In this document: piece by piece, positions 1-9,579 of the stretch
Layout: every line of letters begins with the position of its first letter
Position numbering within the stretch: position 1 is the stretch's first letter
Position numbers and translations under genes: made by a program
Notes under the pieces: generated by a model
The model's input: the letters and a program-made list of their open reading frames with translations, nothing else
Database searches by the model: none
What the model was told of the DNA's origin: nothing
From: Prevotella sp.
GTDB lineage: Bacteria > Bacteroidota > Bacteroidia > Bacteroidales > Bacteroidaceae
DNA: 64,000 nt
Direction of reading: 5' to 3'
Assembly: GCA_045600885.1 (NCBI GenBank)
Contig: JAZRYU010000161.1
Location: forward strand, 12,541-76,540

Positions 1-335
1 TTACCGCGTGGAGCCTGTTCCTGGATAGGGAATGTTGAATAATAAATGCTGCGGTCAATGAAGTATTCCTGCTCCGCCTTCTGCATCTCTATAAGAAACT
101 TCTCCCCTTGAGGATTCTCGCAAAGAACGTCGAAGACAGCCTTGCGCTCTGAAGCCGCTGCACCGAAATGTTCTACATTGAGATATGTGAGGTCGCTAAT
201 CTCTTCCTTTCCGTCAAAAAGAGCATTCAGGAAACTTATAAGGCATTCCTTATTAGCTTCCGTACCAAAGAGTTTCTTGAAGGCAAAGTCGGTATAGAAA
301 TTTGCGTATCTTTCGTGTGATGCAAGTTCTCCCAT
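1..335 (-). CDS. Rpn family recombination-promoting nuclease / PD-(D/E)XK putative transposase (5' part; runs off the window start)
   Basis: Not in the ORF track. Manual translation from ATG at 335 gives MGELASHERYANFYTDFAFKKLFGTEANKECLISFLNALF...RKAVFDVLCENPQGEKFLIEMQKAEQEYFIDRSIYYSTFPIQEQ. The DFAFKKLFG, D...IEMQ and DRxxYY motifs are typical of the PDDEXK_2/Rpn family. Confidence 0.88.
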   Translation of the reverse strand, partial: MGELASHERYANFYTDFAFKKLFGTEANKECLISFLNALFDGKEEISDLTYLNVEHFGAAASERKAVFDVLCENPQGEKFLIEMQKAEQEYFIDRSIYYSTFPIQEQAPRG

Positions 336-362
336 AGAGATAATGAAGTGTTTATTCGGGTG

Positions 363-370
363 CAAAGTTA
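363..370 (-). promoter_or_regulatory. Bacteroidota -7 promoter box (TAACTTTG) for the Rpn gene
   Basis: Matches TAnnTTTG on the minus strand, 27 nt upstream of the ATG. Confidence 0.6.
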
Positions 371-635
371 GTAAAAAAATCTTATCCACAAAAATTATTA
401 ACAAGAATTTTGCATTCTCTCATACCTCAGCATGCCAAGGGAGGACTGAGTACTGTTTCTATAGAACGTCTGAAGGACGTACAAAGATCGGTACTTGTTT
501 TTGAGTTTCCATTGCGGCGGCTTAACGACACCATGAGGTGTCGTTTCCATTGATCATCGACATCTGGCGCTTCCTGAAACTGCAATTGACATATCACAAA
601 GACAAAGCTTGATTTAGCACAAACAGATCGATTCG

Positions 636-667
636 TTTGCTTAAATAGATGATTTTTATTAACTTTG
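636..667 (+). promoter_or_regulatory. Bacteroidota sigma70-type promoter (-33 TTTG, -7 TAACTTTG)
   Basis: TTTG at 636-639, a 20-nt spacer, then TAACTTTG at 660-667, upstream of the ATG at 717. Confidence 0.7.
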
Positions 668-716
668 CTGCGTAATAATTAACGAAGTGGGATCAAGGAT
701 TCCACGAAAAACGAAA

Positions 717-2846
717 ATGATTAAGGGCATTTTAACTACTTTGATGACACTGCTGGTATGTGTCACTTCTTATTCGCAGAATTCAGATTTAAGCCGTCAT
801 AACTTCATGTATGCCGGACAGAGTAAGAACCCAAGAATGTTCATCGTGAAGGATGGACAAGTAACATGGGAATACAACAACTCTCCACGTCGGGGCGAGA
901 TTAGCGATGCCGTTCTGATGACCGATGGAAATATTCTCATTGCCCATCAGCATGGCATCATGGAAATAACAAAGGACAAGAAAGTGGTCTGGCAGTATGA
1001 CGCCCCGGAAGGTTCTGAGATACATACTCTGCAACCTATCGGCAGGAAGCATGTCATCTTCGTACAGAACGGCACTCCGGCAAAGGTAAGGATTATGGAG
1101 ATACCTTCTTGCAAAATCGTGCAGGAGTTTGAGATTCCGGCTTCTAAAAGTGTTCACGGACAGTTCCGCAATGCCCGTCTTTCCTCTCGCGGCACTCTGC
1201 TTGTAGGCCACATGAGCCAAGGTTATCTGGCAGAATACAGCGTTCAAGGCAACGAGCTTTGCCGTTGGAACATCCCTGGCGTATGGTCTGTCACTGAGCT
1301 GGAGAAGGAGCATCTTCTCGTCGTGGGCAAAGGCGGAATAGTCAAGGAAATGCTGCGCGACGGAACAACCGTCAGAGAGATTCATGCAAAGGATTACGGC
1401 ATTAGCAGTGCTCAGAAGGTGGTAAGGCTCAAGAATGGCAACTGGATAATCAACAACTGGTGGAACGAATGGAACAAGACTCCACTTGACACTATGAATG
1501 CTCCCGTTCAGGCTGTTGAGATAGACGCTAATGGCAATGCCGTATGGCAGTTATGCTCTTGGAAAAATCCTGACCTAGGTCCTTCCACAACGATCCAACC
1601 TTTGGATCAGGCTGTGAACCGCGACAGACTATTCTTCGGAAACTATAACGGTCGGAAGCCCCGACTCTTCAAGGGTGCCAACGAACCTCTTGGCACAGCG
1701 GTAGGCGTAAAGCCTGGTCGCGTAGCCTGGATTCACAATCCTGGCGTTGCCACATGGGACGGACATACCGGACTCTGGATGGAAGATCGTTGGAACAATC
1801 AGGCAAAGGCTGATGCCATGGTCACAGAGGCAGTAAAAAGCGTTACCGGCGAAGTCTCTGCCAGCAAGGCATGGAACACACTTTTCCGCAATTTCAATGC
1901 TACACACAAGCGCGGAAAGAAGGGCTACAAACCAGGCGAGACGATAGCCATCAAGCTCAACATGAACAATGCACTTACTCACCGTGATACCGTTGAACTG
2001 AACTCTTCGCCTTTCGTCACTCTTGCCCTCGTCAGCAGTCTTGTCAGAGATGCCAAGGTTCGCGAACAGGACATCATCGTCTGCGAACCGAGTCGTGCCA
2101 TCACAGACAGCATCTACAACAAGATTCATCGTGAATTTCCTCGCGTACGATTTATCGACAACATCGGTGGTGACGGCAGGGAGAAGTGCGAATACTACGA
2201 AGAACAGATACTTTACAGCCAGGACAATGGCAAGCTGGCACGCGGACTGGCGAAGTGCATCGTGGATGCCACTTACCTCATCAACAGTGCTCTGCTTAAG
2301 ACACACAGCGGTCCTGGTGTCACGCTGACTGCAAAGAACTGGTACGGCGCAACAGACATCTTCCTTCAGTGGCGCAAGAATGCCCATGTAGGCTTCAGCG
2401 CAGACAAGCGCAATGGTGCTCCAAGCTACAAGACTTTCGTGGATTTCATCGGTCATAAGAATCTAGGCGGCAAGACTCTTCTTTATCTCATAGACGGCAC
2501 TTACGGCTCTCGCGATGTCAACGGAAAGCCTGCTCCAAAGTGGCAGAAGGAACCTTTCTGCAATGAATGGGCTTGTTCGCTTATTGTCTCTCAGGATCCT
2601 CTCGCCGTCGATGCCGTAGCCATGGACATTCTGATTAGCGAATGGCCTGAGTTCGGCAGTTTCAACTATTGCGACGAATATCTGCTGGAGGCAGCCACTA
2701 TCCCACACACAAACTCCGGCACCACTTACGATCCAGAGCGCGACGGCAAGCCTCTCACCGCTCCTCTAGGCATCTTTGAACATTGCGACAGCAATCGCAA
2801 GTACACCAAGATTGACTTGCAGTATGTGAAGCAAACGGATAATTAA
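717..2846 (+). CDS. Exported fusion protein: N-terminal beta-propeller-like (arylsulfotransferase/PQQ-like) domain plus C-terminal DUF362-like domain
   Basis: Signal peptide follows the ATG at 717 (track start 687 is GTG). Repeated blade-like motifs (DGQVTWEY, DKKVVWQY, ANGNAVWQ) occupy the first ~310 aa. The C-terminal half has IAIKLN and LKTHSGPGVTLTAKNWYG, plus SQDPLAVDAVA, as in DUF362. Confidence 0.6.
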   Translation: MIKGILTTLMTLLVCVTSYSQNSDLSRHNFMYAGQSKNPRMFIVKDGQVTWEYNNSPRRGEISDAVLMTDGNILIAHQHGIMEITKDKKVVWQYDAPEGSEIHTLQPIGRKHVIFVQNGTPAKVRIMEIPSCKIVQEFEIPASKSVHGQFRNARLSSRGTLLVGHMSQGYLAEYSVQGNELCRWNIPGVWSVTELEKEHLLVVGKGGIVKEMLRDGTTVREIHAKDYGISSAQKVVRLKNGNWIINNWWNEWNKTPLDTMNAPVQAVEIDANGNAVWQLCSWKNPDLGPSTTIQPLDQAVNRDRLFFGNYNGRKPRLFKGANEPLGTAVGVKPGRVAWIHNPGVATWDGHTGLWMEDRWNNQAKADAMVTEAVKSVTGEVSASKAWNTLFRNFNATHKRGKKGYKPGETIAIKLNMNNALTHRDTVELNSSPFVTLALVSSLVRDAKVREQDIIVCEPSRAITDSIYNKIHREFPRVRFIDNIGGDGREKCEYYEEQILYSQDNGKLARGLAKCIVDATYLINSALLKTHSGPGVTLTAKNWYGATDIFLQWRKNAHVGFSADKRNGAPSYKTFVDFIGHKNLGGKTLLYLIDGTYGSRDVNGKPAPKWQKEPFCNEWACSLIVSQDPLAVDAVAMDILISEWPEFGSFNYCDEYLLEAATIPHTNSGTTYDPERDGKPLTAPLGIFEHCDSNRKYTKIDLQYVKQTDN

Positions 2847-2855
2847 GAATTGGAC

Positions 2856-5438
2856 ATGAACACCCTCAAGAGAACACTTTCATCTATCGCATTATTGCTG
2901 CTCTGCACTTACGGCTACGCACAGCGCTTATACCTTTCCGGCACCGGTTCTGACGACACGCGGACATGGGATTTCTATTGCTCTGCTGGTCAGAATGCAG
3001 GAAAATGGCGCAAGATTCAGGTTCCGTCATGTTGGGAATTGCAAGGCTATGGAGAATATACCTACGGCAGATTCTACAAGAAGGAAGGACTGAAGCCAAG
3101 CACAGAGACTGGTCGCTATCGCACCTCTTTCCGTATTCCTAAATCATGGGCAGGAAAATATATGCGACTGACCTTCGAAGGCTCTATGACCGACACTGAG
3201 GTTTGGATAGACGGCAAAAAGATTGGCGATGTCCATCAGGGTGGTTTCACGGAGTTCTCGTACAATATAACGCCATTCGTCGTGGCTGGCAAGACGCATA
3301 AGATGGAAGTTCTCGTGAGCAAGGAATCTGCAAACAAGAGCATCAACTCTGCTGAACGCCGTGCTGACTGGTGGCTTTTTGGCGGCATCTACCGACCTGT
3401 CTATATTGAGGCGATGCCTGAGGAGCACATAGAAGGTGTGTCCATTGATGCAAGGGCGAATGGAGATCTTTATGCCAGCATCAGAAAGACCGGCAACAGC
3501 GAAGTCTCTTTTACGCTTGACGGCAAGGAGATTCCCTTTGACAATTCGGCTGGATGCTATCATTGCGGCGATGTTACGACGTGGGATCCAGAACATCCAA
3601 ACCTTCACACGGCTGTCTTCACGCTAAAGAGCAGCGGCCACAGCATAGAGCAGAAGATTGGTTTCCGCACCATTGAGTTTCGCGAGCATGACGGCATTTA
3701 TCTTAATGGCACGAAGCTCATCGTGAAAGGCACAAACCGCCATTGCTTCCATCCCGAGACGGGCAGAACGACTAGCAAGGCGATAAGCATAGAAGACGCC
3801 CGACTGATCAAACAGATGAACATGAATGCCGTGCGTTGCCATTATCCGAGTGACAGACATTTCCTTGAAGTCTGTGATTCGATGGGCTTGCTCTACCTTG
3901 ACGAATTTCCAGGTTGGCAGACAAGATACGATAATGAAACGGTACAGAAACTGATGCCGGAATTCGTGCTACGAGACGTAAACCACCCTTGTGTATTCCT
4001 TTGGAGCAACGGCAATGAAGGTGGATGGAACACTACTGCAGATCCGATGTTCGCCAAACTGGACCCGCAGAAACGAAAGGTCATTCATCCTTGGAGCGAC
4101 TTTGAGGGATTAGACACACACCATTATCCTGCCTACCAGACAGGTGCATACCGTATGCAAAACGGCCAGAACGTGTTTATGCCGACGGAATTCCTGCATA
4201 GCAAGTATGATAAGGGTGGCGGTGCTGCACTGGAAGATATGTGGAGCCATTGGACGGCATCACCTTTGTTTGCAGGTGGATTCATCTGGGCTTATATGGA
4301 CGAAGCTGTAAGACGCACAGACCTTGGCGGACTCCTTGACAGCGACGGCGGCAACGGTCCTGACGGTGTCATCAATGCCTATCGCCAGCCAGAGGGCAGC
4401 TTCTACACCATACGCGAAGTATGGAGTCCGATATTCATTGAACGACCTCATATCACACCCTCTTTCAATGGCAGGATTCTCGTCAGCAACCGCTATCTGT
4501 TTACAAATCTTAGCGAGTGTAGCATGACTTATTGCACAAAGACAGCCGACGGACAAATAATCCATAAAGGAAAGGTTAAGCTCCCAGCCATTGATCCAGG
4601 CGAGAGTGCTTACGTTTCCCTTCCTTTTGCGGTAGATGCGGAGGATATCTTAGAGATAACTGCCTTCGGTGTAAATGGTGAAGCCGTCTGCCAATGGTCA
4701 GTACCGATACATCGTGCTGAGGAACAGATCGCAATCAACCTTTCCTCCGCTTCTGAACTGGACAGAAAAGATGCTCTGGAAATCATTCCTGTGGGAATGT
4801 CTCGCATAGACGATTTACACTGGTATCGTCTTGCTGATGGCAGACTTTATCTTGATGCCCACATTCTCTACGACGAACGAAAGGCTGCTCTTACCGACGA
4901 GAGCAAATGGCAGGTCGGCGTTTCCTTGCGTTATCCAGAGAATGAGGTGGACTCCGTAAGATGGCTTGGCGACGGACCTTTCCGCGTTTGGCGCAACCGA
5001 TTGAAGGGAACGCAGTTCGGCACATGGTCATTGGCTTACAACAATACCATCACAGGTCAATACAACTCTCTCACGCCCCCACTCTATCCTGAATTCAAAG
5101 GATACAGGAGCAATATGCGCTGGCTGGAAATCTATCATAAAGGCGCAAGGAAGTTCAAGGCTACAGCACTAACCGAAGGGCTGTATTTCCGTCTCTTCAC
5201 GCCGGAAGAAGCTGTTGATGAAACTCCAGGGGAAATGGGTGGCATGGATGAAGGCAAGAAACGTCAGGAGCGTACTATGGTCAGATTCCCAGAAGGCGAC
5301 ATTTCCTTCCTCCTTTCCATTCCTCCAATGCAGAGCTACAAGCCGCTTGAGCAACTTGGTCCTCACGCCATGCCGGATAATATCCGCATAAAATCTGGTG
5401 ATGAAGGCCTCCATATCCGCCTTATTATAGAACAATAA
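2856..5438 (+). CDS. Glycoside hydrolase family 2 (beta-galactosidase-like), secreted
   Basis: Signal peptide; GH2 motifs VPSCWELQG, FGGIYRPV, KGTNRH, MNAVRCHYP, RDVNHPCVFLWSNGNE (acid/base) and PTEFLH (nucleophile). Confidence 0.9.
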   Translation: MNTLKRTLSSIALLLLCTYGYAQRLYLSGTGSDDTRTWDFYCSAGQNAGKWRKIQVPSCWELQGYGEYTYGRFYKKEGLKPSTETGRYRTSFRIPKSWAGKYMRLTFEGSMTDTEVWIDGKKIGDVHQGGFTEFSYNITPFVVAGKTHKMEVLVSKESANKSINSAERRADWWLFGGIYRPVYIEAMPEEHIEGVSIDARANGDLYASIRKTGNSEVSFTLDGKEIPFDNSAGCYHCGDVTTWDPEHPNLHTAVFTLKSSGHSIEQKIGFRTIEFREHDGIYLNGTKLIVKGTNRHCFHPETGRTTSKAISIEDARLIKQMNMNAVRCHYPSDRHFLEVCDSMGLLYLDEFPGWQTRYDNETVQKLMPEFVLRDVNHPCVFLWSNGNEGGWNTTADPMFAKLDPQKRKVIHPWSDFEGLDTHHYPAYQTGAYRMQNGQNVFMPTEFLHSKYDKGGGAALEDMWSHWTASPLFAGGFIWAYMDEAVRRTDLGGLLDSDGGNGPDGVINAYRQPEGSFYTIREVWSPIFIERPHITPSFNGRILVSNRYLFTNLSECSMTYCTKTADGQIIHKGKVKLPAIDPGESAYVSLPFAVDAEDILEITAFGVNGEAVCQWSVPIHRAEEQIAINLSSASELDRKDALEIIPVGMSRIDDLHWYRLADGRLYLDAHILYDERKAALTDESKWQVGVSLRYPENEVDSVRWLGDGPFRVWRNRLKGTQFGTWSLAYNNTITGQYNSLTPPLYPEFKGYRSNMRWLEIYHKGARKFKATALTEGLYFRLFTPEEAVDETPGEMGGMDEGKKRQERTMVRFPEGDISFLLSIPPMQSYKPLEQLGPHAMPDNIRIKSGDEGLHIRLIIEQ

Positions 5439-5460
5439 GGCGGATTTAAGCCTTTAACTA

Positions 5461-6141
5461 TTAGAAATACCATGTGGAAGAAATCTGCCAAGCGTTATTT
5501 TTCAGGTTCTTCCATGTGTATTTCACATTACTATCGTAATTCTCCTTATTGAAGTCTTTGATGGAATTTCCCATAACGATGTTATAGTTTGCTGAAACCT
5601 CAAGTTTACTGAAGAACATCAGTCCGGCACCGATATTAGCAGAATACTCAGTATCTTTCACAGCAGCCGTCAGTTTTTCCTCAGCATTCTTCCACTCTAT
5701 CTTGTCGTCGCCCATGTTGAAGCTCACCTGCGGACCAGCCTTAAGATAAGCTTGCACAGTCTCGCCTGCACCAATTCCAAGTCGGACATTCACAGGGATA
5801 ACAATTGCTTTGCGCGTAATATCCGGCGACACAACGGAAGAAGAGAGTCCGCGATCGGTCTTCACCTCCAACTTCGCATTTCGCTGTTCATAGAGAGCAG
5901 ACGCATCTATTCCCAGATTCGCCACTCCCAATGCCTTCAGATTAGCCATTGTAGTAAAACCGAGGAAGAATCCCGCTCTGTTCTTTGCCTTAAAGACATC
6001 GGAATCAACGCTCATCTGAGAAACATCGATACCGCCCTTAACACCAAACTTCACCTGCGCAGAAGCAGACTGCGCTACTGCAAAGAAAGCAAAGATAATG
6101 CTCAATGCGACATGCGTAATGCGAAATGAATGCTTTTTCAT
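5461..6141 (-). CDS. Outer-membrane beta-barrel protein (PorT/porin family)
   Basis: Signal peptide from MKKHSF; QVKFGVKGG start, IPVNVR and AGPQVSF strands; C-terminal aromatic BAM motif TWYF. The track's N-terminal extension is translated repeat DNA. Confidence 0.75.
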   Translation of the reverse strand: MKKHSFRITHVALSIIFAFFAVAQSASAQVKFGVKGGIDVSQMSVDSDVFKAKNRAGFFLGFTTMANLKALGVANLGIDASALYEQRNAKLEVKTDRGLSSSVVSPDITRKAIVIPVNVRLGIGAGETVQAYLKAGPQVSFNMGDDKIEWKNAEEKLTAAVKDTEYSANIGAGLMFFSKLEVSANYNIVMGNSIKDFNKENYDSNVKYTWKNLKNNAWQISSTWYF

Positions 6142-6250
6142 AATTATCAAATTGAAAACTTGAGAAATCGAACAACCGAGAAATTGAGCAATCGAGAATT
6201 CGAACAATCGGTAAATCAGTAAATCAGTAAATCAGTAAATTGTCAAATCC
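6142..6250. repeat. Degenerate 8-bp tandem array (~13 units) filling the porN-OMP intergenic gap
   Basis: aattatca aattgaaa acttgaga aatcgaac aaccgaga aattgagc aatcgaga attcgaac aatcggta aatcagta aatcagta aatcagta aattgtca. Confidence 0.85.
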
Positions 6251-6252
6251 CC

Positions 6253-7305
6253 TTAGTGTCTCTGACGACGTACTGTGACTGCTGCGCCGGAAGAGCTTGA
6301 AGTCTTAGGCTTAGCCGTCTTCTGCTTCTTCTCAGAGCTTGAGCTTGAAGAAGAGCTGCGCTTATTGGCACGAGCTTCCTTCTTAGCCTTCTTGTCCGTA
6401 GTCTGAACCTTAGCGATAGAGTCGAGCGAATCCTTCTTCTCAGGATCGCCGAAGACAGTCTTCTCAAAGGCAGCGATTTCCTTCTCTATGCGTTCCTGCT
6501 CCTTCTTGATGTCATCAGGAGTCTTGCAGTATTCGCTTATCTTCTTGCCCTGCATGTTGACAGTCTTGTAGATAGTGCCTTTATAGACATTCTTTGTAAA
6601 GAAGTCGTCCATGCTCATGATGGCAGCATTGTTCAGATTGCTTGTCATCACCGTCTGCTTAGAAAGGAAAGGGGCAAGATCACTGTATTTCACCCAGAAG
6701 AGTGGATAGCTGAGCGTTGTAGTCTTTCCCCAGTCATCGTCGTCTTCCTTCTCAAGAATTGGACAGAGAGCGAGAACCTGAGTATGGAAAGTGGCAGACT
6801 TCTGGTCGTAGTAAGAAGACTCCTTTATATAATATCTCTTTACGCGAGCAGAAGGTATGTCGGCTGGCTCAATACGGATTCCACCATTGGCAGACTTCTC
6901 GTAATAGATATCATAATCCTTCAGGAAACGCATTGGCTTTACGCGAGCAGAATCCGTGAAGTTCTCGTTGCCGTCAAGCTTATACTCATAGCACTTCACC
7001 TGACCAGAGAGCATCAGTCTGAAGATATAGGTAAAGAGGTTCATCTGTGAGCCTTGTGCCGTAACAGGATAATAGAGTCCGGCATTAGCGTCGTCAGCAA
7101 GGTTCAGTTCGCGATAGACATCACGTCTCCAAACGACGTCCTCGTCCATCGTCTGCGCCGCAGGAAAGGCTATCTTGGCACGATTGGTCATATTGTTTGC
7201 CGCAGAAGACTTTGTCTGCGTCTGCTGCTGGTTGCGACGCTGCTGTGGCTGAGCCACAACAAGGAGCGGCAACATTGCAAGTGCTATAATCAGTATTCGT
7301 TTCAT
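6253..7305 (-). CDS. porN: T9SS ring subunit PorN/GldN
   Basis: Signal peptide MKRILIIALAMLPLLVVA; EDVVWRRDVYRELNL, NAGLYYP and PLFWVKYSDL motifs; follows porM in the operon. Confidence 0.92.
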   Translation of the reverse strand: MKRILIIALAMLPLLVVAQPQQRRNQQQTQTKSSAANNMTNRAKIAFPAAQTMDEDVVWRRDVYRELNLADDANAGLYYPVTAQGSQMNLFTYIFRLMLSGQVKCYEYKLDGNENFTDSARVKPMRFLKDYDIYYEKSANGGIRIEPADIPSARVKRYYIKESSYYDQKSATFHTQVLALCPILEKEDDDDWGKTTTLSYPLFWVKYSDLAPFLSKQTVMTSNLNNAAIMSMDDFFTKNVYKGTIYKTVNMQGKKISEYCKTPDDIKKEQERIEKEIAAFEKTVFGDPEKKDSLDSIAKVQTTDKKAKKEARANKRSSSSSSSSEKKQKTAKPKTSSSSGAAVTVRRQRH

Positions 7306-7370
7306 GTATTTCTTATAAGCTATTTTTGTCAACTTACTATTCACTTTTCATTTTCCACTTTTCCCTTTAT

Positions 7371-8711
7371 TTACTTGAGTCGAACCTCAATAGAGGTAGT
7401 AAGTGTTCTTGTCACTCCGTCAGGACCTGTAGCGTTGACGTTCTTTATGAGGAATCTCTGTCCAGGAGAGAGCTGTCGGATTTGTCGTTTCTGCTGTTCT
7501 GAGAAGCTTGCTCCGTTAGAAGCTATCGGAACAACCGTGTTCATTTCGCCGAGGAACTCGCAAGAGAAGCTGTTCACGCGGAACTCAATATCGAGAAGAC
7601 CGTCGTCGATGGCAGCACCAATTCCCGCAGCGTTCATGATAGCAGACTTAGCGATTCTTCCGCCCTTGAATCTATCCACACCCATTGGGATGTAAGGAGA
7701 TGGTGGTGGAAGCGGACGAACCTTATACTCATACTTTCCGATTTCCTGACCGTTTGCTGTAACAGTGAAGATGGCAGGAGTGCCAGCTGCTGTTGGTCGT
7801 GCAATGTAAGTGCCGTCGCCGTTAGAAGTAACAGTACCGCCTTCCATAGTCACAGATACGCTTGACTGCGGAACGCCAGAGACGGTGAAGCTCAAAGGGT
7901 TGTCATAACCGGCATAGAGCACGTTCATCATCTTGTTTGTCGTAGTGGCAGTATGACTTGGCTCGTTAGGAACCATTGAGATATTCTTATTGACAGGAGC
8001 ATCCGAAATCTTAGGCTGAGCAATGATAAGTCCCGGCATTGGAGGCTCAGGCTTGAAGTAAGGCTCCTCATTGTGCTTGTAGCGGGCAATGAAGTCGTGG
8101 AAGATTTCTCCTTCCGCATAGCGCACGTCGCCCTGAAGCTTAGTGAGAAGAGTTACGGCAGCAGCCACAGGCATACTCTCGAAAGAGCGGTTGATGTCCA
8201 TCTGGATAGCTTTCTCCACAAACTCCTTCTTCTGCTTGTCGTTTCTGACGAGTTCAAGCATCAGTGAACGATACTTCGTGATGGCAGCCTCCAGTTCCTT
8301 GCCTCTTCCTACGCCGTCAGCAAGCATCACGCGAGCCGCAGCCTCAAGGTCGTCTTTTCCTTTTATATTATTAACATCGCCTTCAGGACCATCAGTCTGT
8401 CTCACGATAGCCAGTTTCAGTTCCTCCACCAGATTGCAGAGCGAGTCTGACTCAATCTTCACGCGAGCCGCCTTGTCGTACCAAGGTCTTACTCCGGCAG
8501 AGTCCTGAGCCATGAGGTCGATGAATGTATTGAACGACTCCAGGTTCTGCTTGGAGGCGTTCTCCGTTGTGCGCTGTAAGCTCTCCTGCACCAATGTAAA
8601 GCCGTCCAGCACCTCGTTAGATACGTTGAGTGCCAGCATAGCCATCAAGACGACGTACATAAGGTTGATCATCTTCTGGCGCGGAGATACAGGTCTTTTC
8701 TTTATTGCCAT
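7371..8711 (-). CDS. porM: T9SS motor subunit PorM/GldM
   Basis: SPRQKMINLMYVVLMAMLALNVS transmembrane signature, MPVAAAVTLLTKLQ and MNVLYAGYDNP motifs. Confidence 0.93.
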   Translation of the reverse strand: MAIKKRPVSPRQKMINLMYVVLMAMLALNVSNEVLDGFTLVQESLQRTTENASKQNLESFNTFIDLMAQDSAGVRPWYDKAARVKIESDSLCNLVEELKLAIVRQTDGPEGDVNNIKGKDDLEAAARVMLADGVGRGKELEAAITKYRSLMLELVRNDKQKKEFVEKAIQMDINRSFESMPVAAAVTLLTKLQGDVRYAEGEIFHDFIARYKHNEEPYFKPEPPMPGLIIAQPKISDAPVNKNISMVPNEPSHTATTTNKMMNVLYAGYDNPLSFTVSGVPQSSVSVTMEGGTVTSNGDGTYIARPTAAGTPAIFTVTANGQEIGKYEYKVRPLPPPSPYIPMGVDRFKGGRIAKSAIMNAAGIGAAIDDGLLDIEFRVNSFSCEFLGEMNTVVPIASNGASFSEQQKRQIRQLSPGQRFLIKNVNATGPDGVTRTLTTSIEVRLK

Positions 8712-8717
8712 CTTTTT

Positions 8718-8799
8718 AAGTGAAAAGTGAAAAGTGAAAAGTGAAAAGAGCTGCGCGCCAGCCTATTTTTCATTTTTCATTTTTCAATTATCAATTTCC
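8718..8799. repeat. 7-mer-armed hairpin element, copy 1 (porL-porM gap)
   Basis: (AAGTGAA)x4, then core agctgcgcgccagcct, then (ATTTTTC)x3 AATTATC AATTTCC. Confidence 0.8.
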
Positions 8800-8802
8800 T
8801 AG

Positions 8803-9573
8803 TTATTTACTGTTCATCGCCTCAATCATGCGAGCATAGATACGGTTGAGTTCCTGAATCTGTTCAGAGAGGTGCTTTGTCTGCTCATTGATTTCGTCGA
8901 TTGTGCTGATTTGAGCCGAAGCACTCTTAAGCTGCATCTCGTAAACACGGGAAATACCAGTGAGAGTACGGTTGAGGTTTTCCATTTCCTCTGAGTCGCG
9001 AGTGAGTCGTTGACTCTGGTCAGACACTTGGGCAAGAACCTCAGTAAGATGCTGAAGCTGCTCAATATAGCTGCCTGTAGCCTCTGCCACCTCTGCTCCA
9101 AGAGCAGGACTTGCAGCAGGTTCTGCAGTAGTCATTACGGTCTGCATTCCTGCGCTATGCTGCATACCAACGCCGGTCAGCAGAGTGCCAGCCTCAGGAT
9201 TATCCATAATCGCATCGTCATCCGCATTCTGCACATCAATAGGCACAAACTCCGTGATGTGAACACCTTCATCTTCTGGCTGTTCGAAGAGAGGTTCTTC
9301 GTCATCATTCACGTGGATTGGAAGATCCTTTCCGATCTCTGTCTTATCGAAAGGACGGTCAAAACCAGAGAGGAAGAACACGAGGACCTCTGTTCCCATA
9401 CCGATGTAGAGCATGAGGTTTGCTCCTTCCTGGTGAGTAAGCTTGAAGAGAGCACCGAGGATAACGACTGCAGCACCCCAGCTATAGGCATAGTTGAGGA
9501 ATGTCTGACCAGGCACGCTGTCGAGCCACTTCTGCAGATGATAAATGATATTGAATTTGCTATATTTAGTCAT
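8803..9573 (-). CDS. porL: T9SS motor subunit PorL/GldL
   Basis: NYAYSWGAAVVILGALFKLTH and GMGTEVLVFFLSGFD transmembrane motifs; C-terminal coiled coil ending LNRIYARMIEAM. Confidence 0.93.
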   Translation of the reverse strand: MTKYSKFNIIYHLQKWLDSVPGQTFLNYAYSWGAAVVILGALFKLTHQEGANLMLYIGMGTEVLVFFLSGFDRPFDKTEIGKDLPIHVNDDEEPLFEQPEDEGVHITEFVPIDVQNADDDAIMDNPEAGTLLTGVGMQHSAGMQTVMTTAEPAASPALGAEVAEATGSYIEQLQHLTEVLAQVSDQSQRLTRDSEEMENLNRTLTGISRVYEMQLKSASAQISTIDEINEQTKHLSEQIQELNRIYARMIEAMNSK

Positions 9574-9579
9574 GGTGAG

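Noticed and set aside
789-2456. Minus-strand ORFs of 198 and 275 aa (similarly 51673-52452, 61650-62387 and many short ones)
   Set aside because: They are antisense or alternative-frame shadows of well-supported genes.
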